A stretch of 64,000 nt of DNA. Source: a virus. The notes under the pieces are model-generated. The model saw nothing but the letters and a program-made list of their open reading frames with translations. It made no database searches and was not told the DNA's origin. Of the stretch, positions 49,428-59,230 are shown one piece after another. Numbering within the stretch: position 1 is the first letter of the stretch; the number at the start of each line of letters is the position of its first letter. A program made the translations under genes and the position numbers. Where the stretch lies: the IMG/VR virus record IMGVR_UViG_3300048597_000133, positions 1 through 64,000 of that record; one strand, 5' to 3'.

Positions 49428-49934
49428 ATGTCTAAAATTCTTTATCACCAACCAACCAATCAAATCGTTGCTTATAACCGATTGGACAGCGATTTGCCTG
49501 TAGGTTTAGATGATGTTTATTTGGTACTTGACCAGATAACAACTAACCTACCAGAGTATGACGAGAAAACTCAGATTGCTACACCATCTTGGGTGATTGA
49601 CGTTGAGAATTTGCAATACCGCCAAGAGTGGATAGTGAGTGACAAACCAGAACCGGAACCTGTACCTAACTGGGATGGCTTTAACGCCGCTATATTAAGC
49701 TCTGTTGAATTTAACACTTATTATGGCACTGGACTTCAAGCTGCCCCGGCTATCACCACCTCTATCCCAACTGCATTAGCCCAAGTATCTACCAACGGTA
49801 TCAATGCTTTTGCTTTAACATTTAATGGATTTTGTCAAGCTGTGAGCGTTACTCCTCAACACCGTGGGGAATGGGCAGATATGGCAGTGACATTCAACTT
49901 ACCGGAGAACTTTGTTAGCATCGTCCGTGGCTAA
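49428..49934 (+). CDS. PNWxGFN family tail-fibre accessory, copy 3
   Basis: PNWDGFNAAIL..HRGEWADMAVTFNLPENFVSIVRG. Confidence 0.65.
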   Translation: MSKILYHQPTNQIVAYNRLDSDLPVGLDDVYLVLDQITTNLPEYDEKTQIATPSWVIDVENLQYRQEWIVSDKPEPEPVPNWDGFNAAILSSVEFNTYYGTGLQAAPAITTSIPTALAQVSTNGINAFALTFNGFCQAVSVTPQHRGEWADMAVTFNLPENFVSIVRG

Positions 49935-50101
49935 CCATTAACTACAAAATACTCACATTTCTGTTCATCGGCGGCTAATACCGGGGCAAACCATATTTGA
50001 TTTGAGTTAGCCGCCGCCCGACCAGAGTCAGCGTGTCTCCAACATAGTTTACTGCTAGGGCAAGTGGTGTTAGCACACATGGCGCTGTCTTGTTTAATCA
50101 T
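49931..50101 (-). CDS. Small Cys-rich protein (56 aa, below cutoff)
   Basis: MIKQDSAMCANTTCPSSKLCWRH..QKCEYF. Confidence 0.55.
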   Translation of the reverse strand: MIKQDSAMCANTTCPSSKLCWRHADSGRAAANSNQIWFAPVLAADEQKCEYFVVNG

Positions 50102-50102
50102 T

Positions 50103-50540
50103 TTAAATCCTCGGCGGTAGCATATCTCTTAGTCTAGTTTTTAGAGCGGCATCCCAGTCAGCCCGCCGCTTTTCTGCTATCTTCTCCTTGTTAACCTCAC
50201 TCAGGTTAGCCACAATAGGCTCAAGGTATTCCTCTAAATCAGAGATTAACTCTTTTAAGAGGTTATTTAAGTTATGGCTGGTGTCATATAAATAACGGCA
50301 GCGATACGTTTTTCTATACTCTGGATAGTTATCTGCCCGCCGTATAAGAATAGTGACAGTGTCCATTACGGGGTCGTAGTCTACTCCCATCACAGGAACT
50401 AAATCCTTAACTGTACAGCATAAGTCTTCTGCCTTATCTTCTAATATCTGACAAAAAGCCTTATCTATTACAGAAAGGTTTGGGTTATACGACTTTACTG
50501 CTGCTGTAAATTGGTCTATGTTCATCTTTGAGTTAACCAT
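50103..50540 (-). CDS. Hypothetical protein
   Basis: Operon ORF. Confidence 0.55.
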   Translation of the reverse strand: MVNSKMNIDQFTAAVKSYNPNLSVIDKAFCQILEDKAEDLCCTVKDLVPVMGVDYDPVMDTVTILIRRADNYPEYRKTYRCRYLYDTSHNLNNLLKELISDLEEYLEPIVANLSEVNKEKIAEKRRADWDAALKTRLRDMLPPRI

Positions 50541-50827
50541 TCTTCTAAAGTAAGTATTCCACTACGGTCCACGTTGTCCATATGCAACCGGCCGTACATG
50601 GCATGGATTCTATACGCGCAATTATCAAACACTCTATCTCCCGCAGCTATAGCAGAGCCTACGCAAATCCTCTGTTGAGAAGCCGGCAACCGTGTAGTCT
50701 TATGGCAAAGGAAAGGTTTGTCTTCTTCTATGATGCTATGAGCTATCTCACGTTTGCGAGCCGGCTCTAAGGATTTAATAAATGGTGAGCCTTCACGGAA
50801 AGGGCAGTCTCTACATGGTTTTTGCAT
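50522..50827 (-). CDS. Cys-motif phage protein
   Basis: PCRDCPF..FLCHKT..CVG. Confidence 0.65.
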   Translation of the reverse strand: MQKPCRDCPFREGSPFIKSLEPARKREIAHSIIEEDKPFLCHKTTRLPASQQRICVGSAIAAGDRVFDNCAYRIHAMYGRLHMDNVDRSGILTLEEWLTQR

Positions 50828-50835
50828 TATGTGTC

Positions 50836-51276
50836 CTACAGGTTTTCTAACTGTTCTAAATCGACTAAAGGATCATCAAAGCATGGGTCTGTTTTATAAA
50901 CTTCAAGGTGTAATAGAGATATAGGTCCGTAGCAGTATGGTTCGCAATGGACCACGGCCTCTTCAAATGACCAGGTGCCGGGTCTTTTAAACCTTTGGTC
51001 TGTGTAGAACACAGACATATCTTCATACTTTGACCGGACTGCATCTCCTCTTCCGTATGCCGCCCACATAGCAGCTCCTTCACGACAAGTAGGCCCTCCG
51101 CTAATCTTTAGTAGGTCTACTAAAAGCCGCTCTCTTTTATTTAATGGCTCCTCTGGGTCATCACAACACAACTGAGCCACGGCGGCGGCAAAAGACCGGT
51201 GGTATTGTGAGTGCGCCCCCGGGCGATGACTTAACCCCCACTTGAGCGCCTTATAGTAAGTTTTGATGATGTCCAT
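50836..51276 (-). CDS. Hypothetical protein
   Basis: Operon ORF. Confidence 0.55.
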   Translation of the reverse strand: MDIIKTYYKALKWGLSHRPGAHSQYHRSFAAAVAQLCCDDPEEPLNKRERLLVDLLKISGGPTCREGAAMWAAYGRGDAVRSKYEDMSVFYTDQRFKRPGTWSFEEAVVHCEPYCYGPISLLHLEVYKTDPCFDDPLVDLEQLENL

Positions 51277-51445
51277 TAAAGTACCTTCTTAAGGCTTGAG
51301 CTATACCGCTTATCTTATAATTCTGCTGGTATATTACCTTATCCACATTAATGAGCACGCCAAGATGCAGAAGTCTATTGCGGAGGATTACCTCTATCGG
51401 CATCAATAGCATGTCGTATTTTCTAAGGTTGGTTTTGCTGAGCAT
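51251..51445 (-). CDS. Small M-[LIV]-x-K type protein (MLSK)
   Basis: 64 aa with the shared N-terminal motif. Confidence 0.5.
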   Translation of the reverse strand: MLSKTNLRKYDMLLMPIEVILRNRLLHLGVLINVDKVIYQQNYKISGIAQALRRYFNGHHQNLL

Positions 51446-51474
51446 AAAATAAAAGCTCCTATGTAGATAGGAGC

Positions 51475-51570
51475 TTATACTGATTCTTCTAGAAAATGCA
51501 CAATCTTCTTATTTTCCACAATGGGAAATAGGTCATAAGTTTGGACTACTACTGTTTGGACACTAGCCAT
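51475..51570 (-). CDS. 31-aa peptide MASVQTVVVQTYDLFPIVENKKIVHFLEESV
   Basis: AGGAG Shine-Dalgarno 6 nt upstream; terminator-like hairpin AAGCTCCTA..TAGGAGCTTTT directly after the stop. Confidence 0.55.
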   Translation of the reverse strand: MASVQTVVVQTYDLFPIVENKKIVHFLEESV

Positions 51571-51632
51571 AAAGTTCTCCTTTGTGTTTTGGGTTTGATG
51601 GTCTTTTTTGCTTTACGGGCTACAACAGGCTT

Positions 51633-53909
51633 TTATACTGTGTAGTTAGAGACCAAATAACCTCTATGCGGCTCACTTCTTTGATACTCTTCAGCATGTA
51701 CGCGGTCTACGAAGAAATACCCGTCTGTGGCAAATAGGACTTTATCAGGGGACTGTTCTAGTTTTCTAAGTAGAGAATTATCCGCATGGTAGACACGATT
51801 AGTGGACAAGTCCCATGGCTCACCGTCTATATAACAGAGCTCTTCTTCCTTATTCAGATAATAATCCCCATATTTAGGATGCTTAAAAGTTACAACTTCA
51901 GAATCGTCTTTACCTACTGCTTGAGTGAGTAACACGTATTCAGTGAGGGTTGGTGTTAGTTGGCAGGATAATACTTTTTGGGTTGGCATAGAAGTGATTA
52001 AGTGGAGGTCAAAAGTGTAATTATAAGTCACTCTTCATTCTCGGTAGCCGTTGTAAACTTCTAGCCACAGCATCTCCCTCCACCCTTCTGGCAGCTTGTC
52101 TACGACGTGGTCTTCCTCTCTTTCTGTTTGAGAGTAATACTCTGGGGGATTGCCCTCGTCGTCGTAGTCTTGTAGTTGGAAAGGTATGTCGTAGTCTTCA
52201 ATTGTGGCGCGAACTACTAAAGCAGTGTACATTGTCACCCCTATTCGCAGTAAGTCTTGAAGACTATGTAGTTCAACCATAGTGCCAGTCTTTGGTGGGT
52301 TGGTTACAGCCGGTTTGTTGCAATGCAGGGGGTGGTTGGAGTATTTGATTAGGAATTGCATTGGTCAGGGTTGAGGAATATAAGAGTAGGTATTTGGTCG
52401 TCTTCACCTCGCTTATACCCAATAAAGTCTCCTTGATTGCCGTCTATATAGGGCATAATCCACTCAAAGAAGTCTTTGATAAAGCCGGAGTATTTGGTAT
52501 CCCCTTTGCCTAATAAAGAGTAGCAATACTCATCTTTAGTGAGCAGACGGCAAGCGGTGTTAGGCGTGTAATAGCTGGCGGAGTAAAACAGGTATCTCCA
52601 CGACTGCTGTTCCTCTGTTAGCGCTTCTAAGTCAGCGTCTTCATGGTCACACATAACCTTAAGGACGTTAATAACGTCTTCAGGCACGGTGTCTTTGAGG
52701 TCTACATTAATATAGATTTCTGTGTAGTAGCCCATTTAGTAGTTCAGTTAAGTATGTTTGGTGTCTTTCTCAGTACACGCGAGATAGACAAGCCTAATCG
52801 GTTAGGAATATCTTTTAGCCCGGCGATGTAGGAATAGGGATAATTCAGTCTGAGGAGAACGTTTTCTATCTCTTTATCCGCTGCCGCAGAGATAATGTGG
52901 TCTGACCTCACGCCTATCAGTTTTCTTTTTAGGATCATGGTTAGTCTGACGCGTTTAATATATTTGCCATATGCCAAGGTAAAAGCCTTCCTAATCTATT
53001 AGGACTGTTAAGTCTTAATGCAATAGTAGGGTGATAAAGAGGTGCGAACCTCGCACATATGTCATCTATCCTTTTTTCAATCCTTGATGCAACAAGCATA
53101 TCTGACTTGACTTCTATCAGTGTTCTTTTTATGACCATGGGTGCAAGTCTGCTCATTGGTTAATAACTTGTTGTACTCGTAACCACTCAGCCAGGTCGCA
53201 GTCGTCTCCTAAGTGCCGGAATGCAGAACCAGCATCCCTATCCTCACTATCTCGCTTTATTGCTTTGTTGAGTTCCTTGCTGATTAGGTCTTGAGTGCGT
53301 TTAGGTAGAGTAGACCATTGCTGGATAAGTAAGTCGCAGAAATCTGAGACAGCGTAAGAGCGGCGCCCGAGCCAAAGCGTTAGTAGCTGGGGGTCATTCA
53401 TTCTCGTCCTCCTCATCTTGATTGTCGTCTAAGATATTCTTCAGGCATTCCTTGCCTAGGATCTCTAGAGAGGACCAAAACAGTTGGTTGAGATAGTCGT
53501 CACACATGCGCGCTGCTATGATGTCTAGGTGCTCTTGGGTGATTAAACTAGTTTGCTCATCTGTAAGGTCCAGAGCACATTGAACGTCATTTGGTGTGAT
53601 GTAAGTAATAGCTGATTTCATTTGAGTTCCTCTTTAATACCAACTAAGTTCTACGGAAGGGTCTACACAGACATGGATGTCTACGTGTTCCTTAATCACA
53701 GCTAAGACGTCCTTCTTAACATGGCGGCTCTTGTGACGCTTAACTGCAGTTAATAGTTTTTCCAGCTCCTCTACGTAATCTACTTCGAGTATGTCGGAGT
53801 TCTTCACAGCCTCTTCCCAGACTTCAGGTGTGGTTTGCTGCTTTAAGTCCTCCAGTTGTTGTTTTAGGTTCTTTAGCTCTTGTTGGAATTGAATTTGGTC
53901 AGTAGTCAT
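51633..53909 (-). CDS. Cluster of small hypothetical genes (51633-52031, 52035-52361, 52349-52735, 52744-52938, 52941-53138, 53153-53416, 53394-53621, 53634-53909)
   Basis: Tightly packed ORFs; 52744 and 52941 are paralogs (M.[IL]KR.LI.V.SD..PNRLG..NILN). Confidence 0.6.
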
Positions 53910-53983
53910 AATTGTGTTGGTCCTTTAAAGAAAATACCGCCCTCGGTTGGGGCGGCGGTTCAGTATAACTTTATAAAGATAAG

Positions 53984-54565
53984 TTATACAGGCTGTCGCA
54001 GCTTAGACTTAAGGTTGGCATTTTCTGTTAGTAGTTGTTCAATGAGTACCTGGGCTTTCTCTAGTTCTAACTGTAATTGTCGTTTGGTAAGCCCAGCGTG
54101 CGTTTGCTGTTGGTCTTGTTCTAACCAGTATTGGTCAATAGTTAGTTCTTCTTCTGGACGACTGGCAGCCGTTTGTTCTAAATACCAATCAATAATCCTT
54201 AGGGTTCTACTCAACCTCATAGATTTAGATAGACTCTTAGAATCACTACAGTCTTGCATTCCTAGCTTAAGAACTATATCCCAATTCTCTGCCAGCTTTA
54301 TGCACTTATAGCAGTAGGTACGCTTCATATCCTTAAACCCTTCGTCTAAAAAGTGGTTGAAAGACCTGAAAACCCCCAAATCTGTCTCTATAGGATTAGT
54401 TTTAGTGGCGTCCTTTAAAGCTGACCGTATTTTAATGAGAGCATCACCAGCACACTTAAGGGCTAATATAGCTTCCATTCGAAGTCTTTGTGAGTCATCA
54501 AACTTACTGTCATGTAGGCTAATCATAGCTTTGGCTTGCTGAAGGTCCTGCGATATACTTAACAT
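53984..54565 (-). CDS. DUF3102-like protein
   Basis: AGDALIKIR..F..FL..F..KRT.Y..IKLA. Confidence 0.45.
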   Translation of the reverse strand: MLSISQDLQQAKAMISLHDSKFDDSQRLRMEAILALKCAGDALIKIRSALKDATKTNPIETDLGVFRSFNHFLDEGFKDMKRTYCYKCIKLAENWDIVLKLGMQDCSDSKSLSKSMRLSRTLRIIDWYLEQTAASRPEEELTIDQYWLEQDQQQTHAGLTKRQLQLELEKAQVLIEQLLTENANLKSKLRQPV

Positions 54566-54584
54566 AGTTATGCTTTAAAAAGGT

Positions 54585-54625
54585 AAATAGTTGTACACGT
54601 TTTTCTGTTTTGTGTACAACTATTT
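54585..54625. promoter_or_regulatory. Perfect 14-bp inverted repeat (operator or hairpin)
   Basis: aaatagttgtacac-N13-gtgtacaactattt, 20 nt upstream of the 54565 start. Confidence 0.6.
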
Positions 54626-55649
54626 CAGTTTAGCATATACTATATTAAGTGTATGGGAGCTTTCTAACAGTTCTAATTATGCTCGAATAATAATGCGGCT
54701 CTCCTAAGTGATAAAGACCGACTTTAAGCATAACCACATTATTCACGGTACGTCCAATAGTCATAGACACACTACTCCTCACGCTTTGTTTACTGGTCTG
54801 GTATTTGGTGAGCAGACAAGCGCAAAAGTGCTAAGTAGACTTATCTGTGTAACTAACAGACTATGGGTCTTAGTCAGCATATATCTTAAATAATTGTTCT
54901 AAATAAGCCAGCCGTATTTTCTGGTGACCCATAGGAATAAAGTCTACTGGGACGGCAGATAAAGATATGCCAGCGCTGGCGCTAAGGATTACATACGCCC
55001 TAAGGAGCTTCTTCTTTTCAGAGGGCTGACCAGTATGAGTTTTATCTAACATGTCTTCTAATAGAGTGGTGTAGCACTGAGTGATAAGGCGATATGTTGG
55101 GGATAGCGCCCCGCTTTACACCAAGTACGATGTAGAGGTATACGTTAAGGTTATTGATATAGCGCTGCTCTATGACCTTATAGGTGCGGCTTTTAACCAC
55201 CGCAGTTTTCTTACGGTGTGTAGTCTTAGTTATCACGGCAATGATAGTGAGTCAACGAAGTTTTTTATCATTCGGGTCATTACCTCCAGGTAGATAGGTG
55301 GGTTTTCTACTGCTATCTCGCATCGTCCGTTATCGTGGACACGAACTAAGAATCCGCATAACAGGTCTAAGTTTAAATAAGCATCGTACAGAGCATCGTG
55401 CCCATTGCGGGTAACGGGCAGGTGGGTTTTGGTTAGCATGGTTGGGTAACTAATCTAATCCTATAGTCTTATAAAGCCCGCCGATGATAAACCTAAAGCG
55501 GGCTGGTGGTCGGATCGACGCATAGAACCTAACTTGCTGTTTGTATGGTTGAGTTAAGTATTTAACTGACACGCCTACTTCAGAGATTGCTGTGTCAATA
55601 TGCTTGAAGACATTATTGCGCCGAGGTCGGCATTGGCAGTGCTTCTTTG

Positions 55650-55735
55650 TTACCATCTGCTTAAGACCCTATAAGTACTGCCACTAATAGATCTAAAATA
55701 AGCGGGCGGTCGTATGCAATGCTTTTTGTTATCAT
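55650..55735 (-). pseudogene. Internally deleted, frameshifted paralog of 55450-55656
   Basis: Adding one A gives MITKKHC-IRPPAYFRSI.. vs neighbour MVTKKHC..IRPPARFRFI. Confidence 0.65.
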
Positions 55736-55908
55736 TCCTCTAATATCCTGCGAACTGCCATAGAATTACGTTAATTGAGCGGAATTGATTGGGCGCCTCA
55801 ATCTGAGGATAGAAATACAGTCTGTATCCCGTTGGGTGATATAAGTAACCAACCTGCATGCCTATGTCGTATACGGTTTTCGTGACTGTTCTTGCGGCGG
55901 GGTTGTCA

Positions 55909-56631
55909 CTATTTCGGCGGTACTTCTTTGCTATCATTTGTCTTTTTATCTATATGTGCCCGAAGCTTGAATAAGATGTCATTAATTTTGAAGTAATAAT
56001 GTAAGCCTCTGCTTCGACCTCTCTTAGGAATTAAATATGACCAACCTATTTCTACCCAGTTGTCATCTACAACATCTTCCACGTTAAAGTTATGGGCTGG
56101 GTGGATGTAGTAGATTTTTCCCTGTAAGTTCACAGCGACTTTTACGTCTATTAAGTCGCCAAGGTTATTCTTAATGCCTAACAGCATTGACCGATGACGG
56201 AAATACTCCCCCAAACTTTTAGCGGCTGCAAATCTATCTTCTGGCGACTCTAGCTCGACGGCACTTAATGCCTTAAGCATATCTAAGGTGACAGGGAGTA
56301 GCCGGTCATAGACTGTGATTAGCTCCGTAGTTGGTGACTGTAAGTCAAACTTGTACATACTGTGGTTACCTACAGGTTTCTCTGTTGTATAACCAGGGTT
56401 TTCTATTAAATCCACTAGATAGATACTGAGTCTGGCTTGGTCTTCGGTGGGATTGTATTTAGGTAGTTGTTCGCGTTTGAACTTGTCTACGGCGGCGACT
56501 ATCTCTTTCTTAGTGCCTCCCTTAATATAGTCTTCGTATCGTTCTATAGTTGAGTATTTAGCTTCTGAGTCGTCTAGATTGTAGAAGCTTATGGTTATTT
56601 TGTAGAGCCGTTTGGTTTTTTGTTTGGTCAT
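55909..56631 (-). CDS. Hypothetical protein (240 aa) inside the array
   Basis: Long ORF, no recognised motif. Confidence 0.65.
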   Translation of the reverse strand: MTKQKTKRLYKITISFYNLDDSEAKYSTIERYEDYIKGGTKKEIVAAVDKFKREQLPKYNPTEDQARLSIYLVDLIENPGYTTEKPVGNHSMYKFDLQSPTTELITVYDRLLPVTLDMLKALSAVELESPEDRFAAAKSLGEYFRHRSMLLGIKNNLGDLIDVKVAVNLQGKIYYIHPAHNFNVEDVVDDNWVEIGWSYLIPKRGRSRGLHYYFKINDILFKLRAHIDKKTNDSKEVPPK

Positions 56632-58389
56632 TTCTTTAGTTAGCAGATAGTTGAGTTATTAGTAGTCTGCATATATACCGCAAGACGACTAAGCCTACCG
56701 TTTGGTTCATACACTCTCTGTAGTAGGTCACTTTTATAAGTTCACCTTCAATATAGGAGCTCAATCTCTCCACTACGACGTTGCAATAGAAACCCCTTCT
56801 AAGATTGTATGTGGGTTTAGGAATCATTTCTTTAATGGTCCATAACGCACTATATGAAGTTTAAGCGCCCAACCAGCCGGGCAGATTAGATTGGAGTATG
56901 AGCTTAAACCATATTGCCAATAGAATAGTGGCTGGTCACGTAAAGAGGTATATAGTCTATCTCTAGTGACACCGTAATATACCCATTTAAAGTCGTGAGT
57001 GTGCTTAGATACCATGTAAAACCCGCCGCCTTACTATAGTGTTTACAGTGTCGTACTTTTTGGTGCCGTCTATAGCTACGAAACTATAATAAGGGTCAGC
57101 TCTAAGCGTATAGGGCCCCCTAAGCGGACAGATTTTATCTGCGAAGACTGCCGGTAATAACAGGACCTTAGTGGTCCGGCGTTTTACACTTGGTGGTTTG
57201 GCTATCATATCTTATGCTGTTTTAACAGGGAAGGTACATATTCGCTAACTACGTCGCTCATAATGCGGAAGTAGCGCGGCGATTTAGCTGATACTGAGAC
57301 CTCGTACCAAGTCGCTTCACGGTTTCTAGTTATAGTCTTCACATATCCTGTGTACATAGCCAAGTTCACGAATGTGAGTAGCAGCTCTTTGCGTATTACA
57401 CGTGCTTGGCGTGGTTTAGCCAGCATATGTGATGCCCTTAATATAGAGGCAAAGAGGAGTACGGATACTTATGTGAAACCAAGTTAGCCCGGTGTCATAG
57501 GTTATTTCTTCAATGAACCCTGTAGATTTAGATAAGAGTACATAAGCTGAACGGATATCTTTCTGCTTCCTATTGACTTTAGTGTTGTATTTAGTCAGCA
57601 TAAAACCTCCATCTTAAATACATACACTTGTAGGCTGTATCACTCATGACATAAAAGCAGTAAGGTATGATTAATACCAACTGGTGCCATAGCATTTCAT
57701 CACCATTAACCATTTCTGTCACTATATATTTATAGTATTCAGCTAAGACCATAGAAGTCTTACTTAGTTCTTCGGGTTTTATGTTATATCGGCCATGTGA
57801 TTTTGTTAACATATTCATTTTTAACAAGTTGGTCTACAATACTTCCTATAACAAAGATATGGGACGGTGTGTTTATAGGAACATCGTCCCAATGTAATCC
57901 TTTAGTCACGTACTGTATAAGACCACTCCTATTTGCCAGTAACAAATAAGGATTCTTAGGTTTTGCTGATTTACTTAGTCTCATATCTACAAAGGAGGCT
58001 TTGGTCAACATGATAGCTTCTCGATATATCGTTCGAATACACCCCATAAGGCAATGATATAAGAAGGTGTACTTATAGGCACTTGATGCCATATCTCCTG
58101 CCTTCTGACATAGCATACACGTCTGCTAGCTTCTGCCAGTAGTACCCAGGGCTTAGGTCTTTTTCCATACGCCATAGTCATAGGATTAAGACTAGTCTTA
58201 GTTAGCATAGGCCGTATTTATATAATTCGAATATATCGTCCAAGACAATAATGTGAAGAGGTGTTCTTAAGTTAACCCCTAGCCATTCCTCTTGTTTTCT
58301 GACATGGGTTAGAGGACTAGTGCTTGAGGCTATTAACGTATACACTTTAGACCTTTTATCTAGGTCTGAATCGATAAGGCTAGTTTTAG

Positions 58390-58578
58390 TCAGCATGAGA
58401 AACTTCTAGCGTATTGTTCGAATGCACTGTCCAACGCAATAATATAAGAGGGCGTATCTATAGTCACCTAGTGCCACCCTTCTTGCTTTCTAACCTGCAT
58501 TAAACGAGTAGCATTCCGCACTATCATAGAAGATTTTTTATGTTGCCGTGTATTTACAAATTTAGTCTTGGTCAATAT
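58390..58578 (-). pseudogene. Pseudogene of the MLTK family
   Basis: ATA in place of ATG, then LTKT..VRKQEGWH*VTIDTPSYIIAL; in-frame TAG at 58468-58470 where paralog 58005 has WHQVPISTPSYIIAL. Confidence 0.8.
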
Positions 58579-58580
58579 AT

Positions 58581-58991
58581 TTAAACTTGGATATTTAGAA
58601 CGTCATGCAGAGTTAAAACAAACTTAGCCACCGACAATTCTTTTGACATCTGCAGTTGTATTTTCTCTTTGGCAGGTCCCCAATAAGTATAAACTGACTC
58701 TTCAGGTATAGTGGCACGCTGAAGATACTGCTCTGGTAAAAATACCATCACTGACTCGCCAAAGTTCCACCAGCGCTTGCTTTGTTTCGTAATGCGTATA
58801 TAAACGCCGCGCGTAGGGTGAATCATATAGCCTACACTCAAAGTGGCGTCCCACGTAACCGTTAACGGTTCGTTTATATCCTTTATAAGTTTAGAAATAG
58901 CTTCTACATGTTGAGAGATAAGACCTTTTAATCTTTGTCTTTCTTGATAGTCCTGGTCGTCTATTAACTTTTTGGCGTCGCTGTAATTCAT
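58581..58991 (-). CDS. Hypothetical protein
   Basis: 136-aa ORF. Confidence 0.6.
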   Translation of the reverse strand: MNYSDAKKLIDDQDYQERQRLKGLISQHVEAISKLIKDINEPLTVTWDATLSVGYMIHPTRGVYIRITKQSKRWWNFGESVMVFLPEQYLQRATIPEESVYTYWGPAKEKIQLQMSKELSVAKFVLTLHDVLNIQV

Positions 58992-59160
58992 AATTTGTGT
59001 GTTGTTGCTTAGTGGACAAGGTCGTACAAGCTACGACTTGCAACTACTGATTATTAATGTAATCATTGAGGTCATAGAAAACTTCTAGTAAGTAGACTAT
59101 GTGGTGGAGCGTAGTTCTGACTGTTGGATGAGAAGCCCAAGCAGAACTAACTGTGTCCTG

Positions 59161-59202
59161 TGATAGACCTCCTTAAATTCACTATTTAAGGGAGGTCTAT
59201 CA
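59161..59202. repeat. Near-perfect 18-bp-stem palindrome
   Basis: tgatagacctccttaaat-tcact-atttaagggaggtctatca with one bulged base. Confidence 0.8.
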
Positions 59203-59230
59203 AAATAGAATAATGTCTGCGGTGTCTTCC

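Larger units (their letters stand above)
54645..58578 (-). repeat. Array 1 of about 18 small M-[LIV]-x-K genes and pseudogenes, interrupted by one 240-aa gene
   Basis: Starts at 58396, 58208, 58011, 57812, 57601 (MLTK), 57426 MLAK, 57208 MIAK, 57015 MVSK, 56827 MIPK, 55937 MIAK, 55656 MVTK, 55439 MLTK, 55236 MITK, 55052 MLDK, 54880 MLTK (truncated), plus decayed copies; most overlap the previous stop. Confidence 0.8.

Noticed and set aside
58468-58470. TAG-to-Gln recoding suggested by an in-frame TAG aligned with Gln
   Set aside because: The same copy also lost its ATG, long genes are intact in code 11, and TAG ends several normal genes (e.g. the integrase); a pseudogene is simpler.
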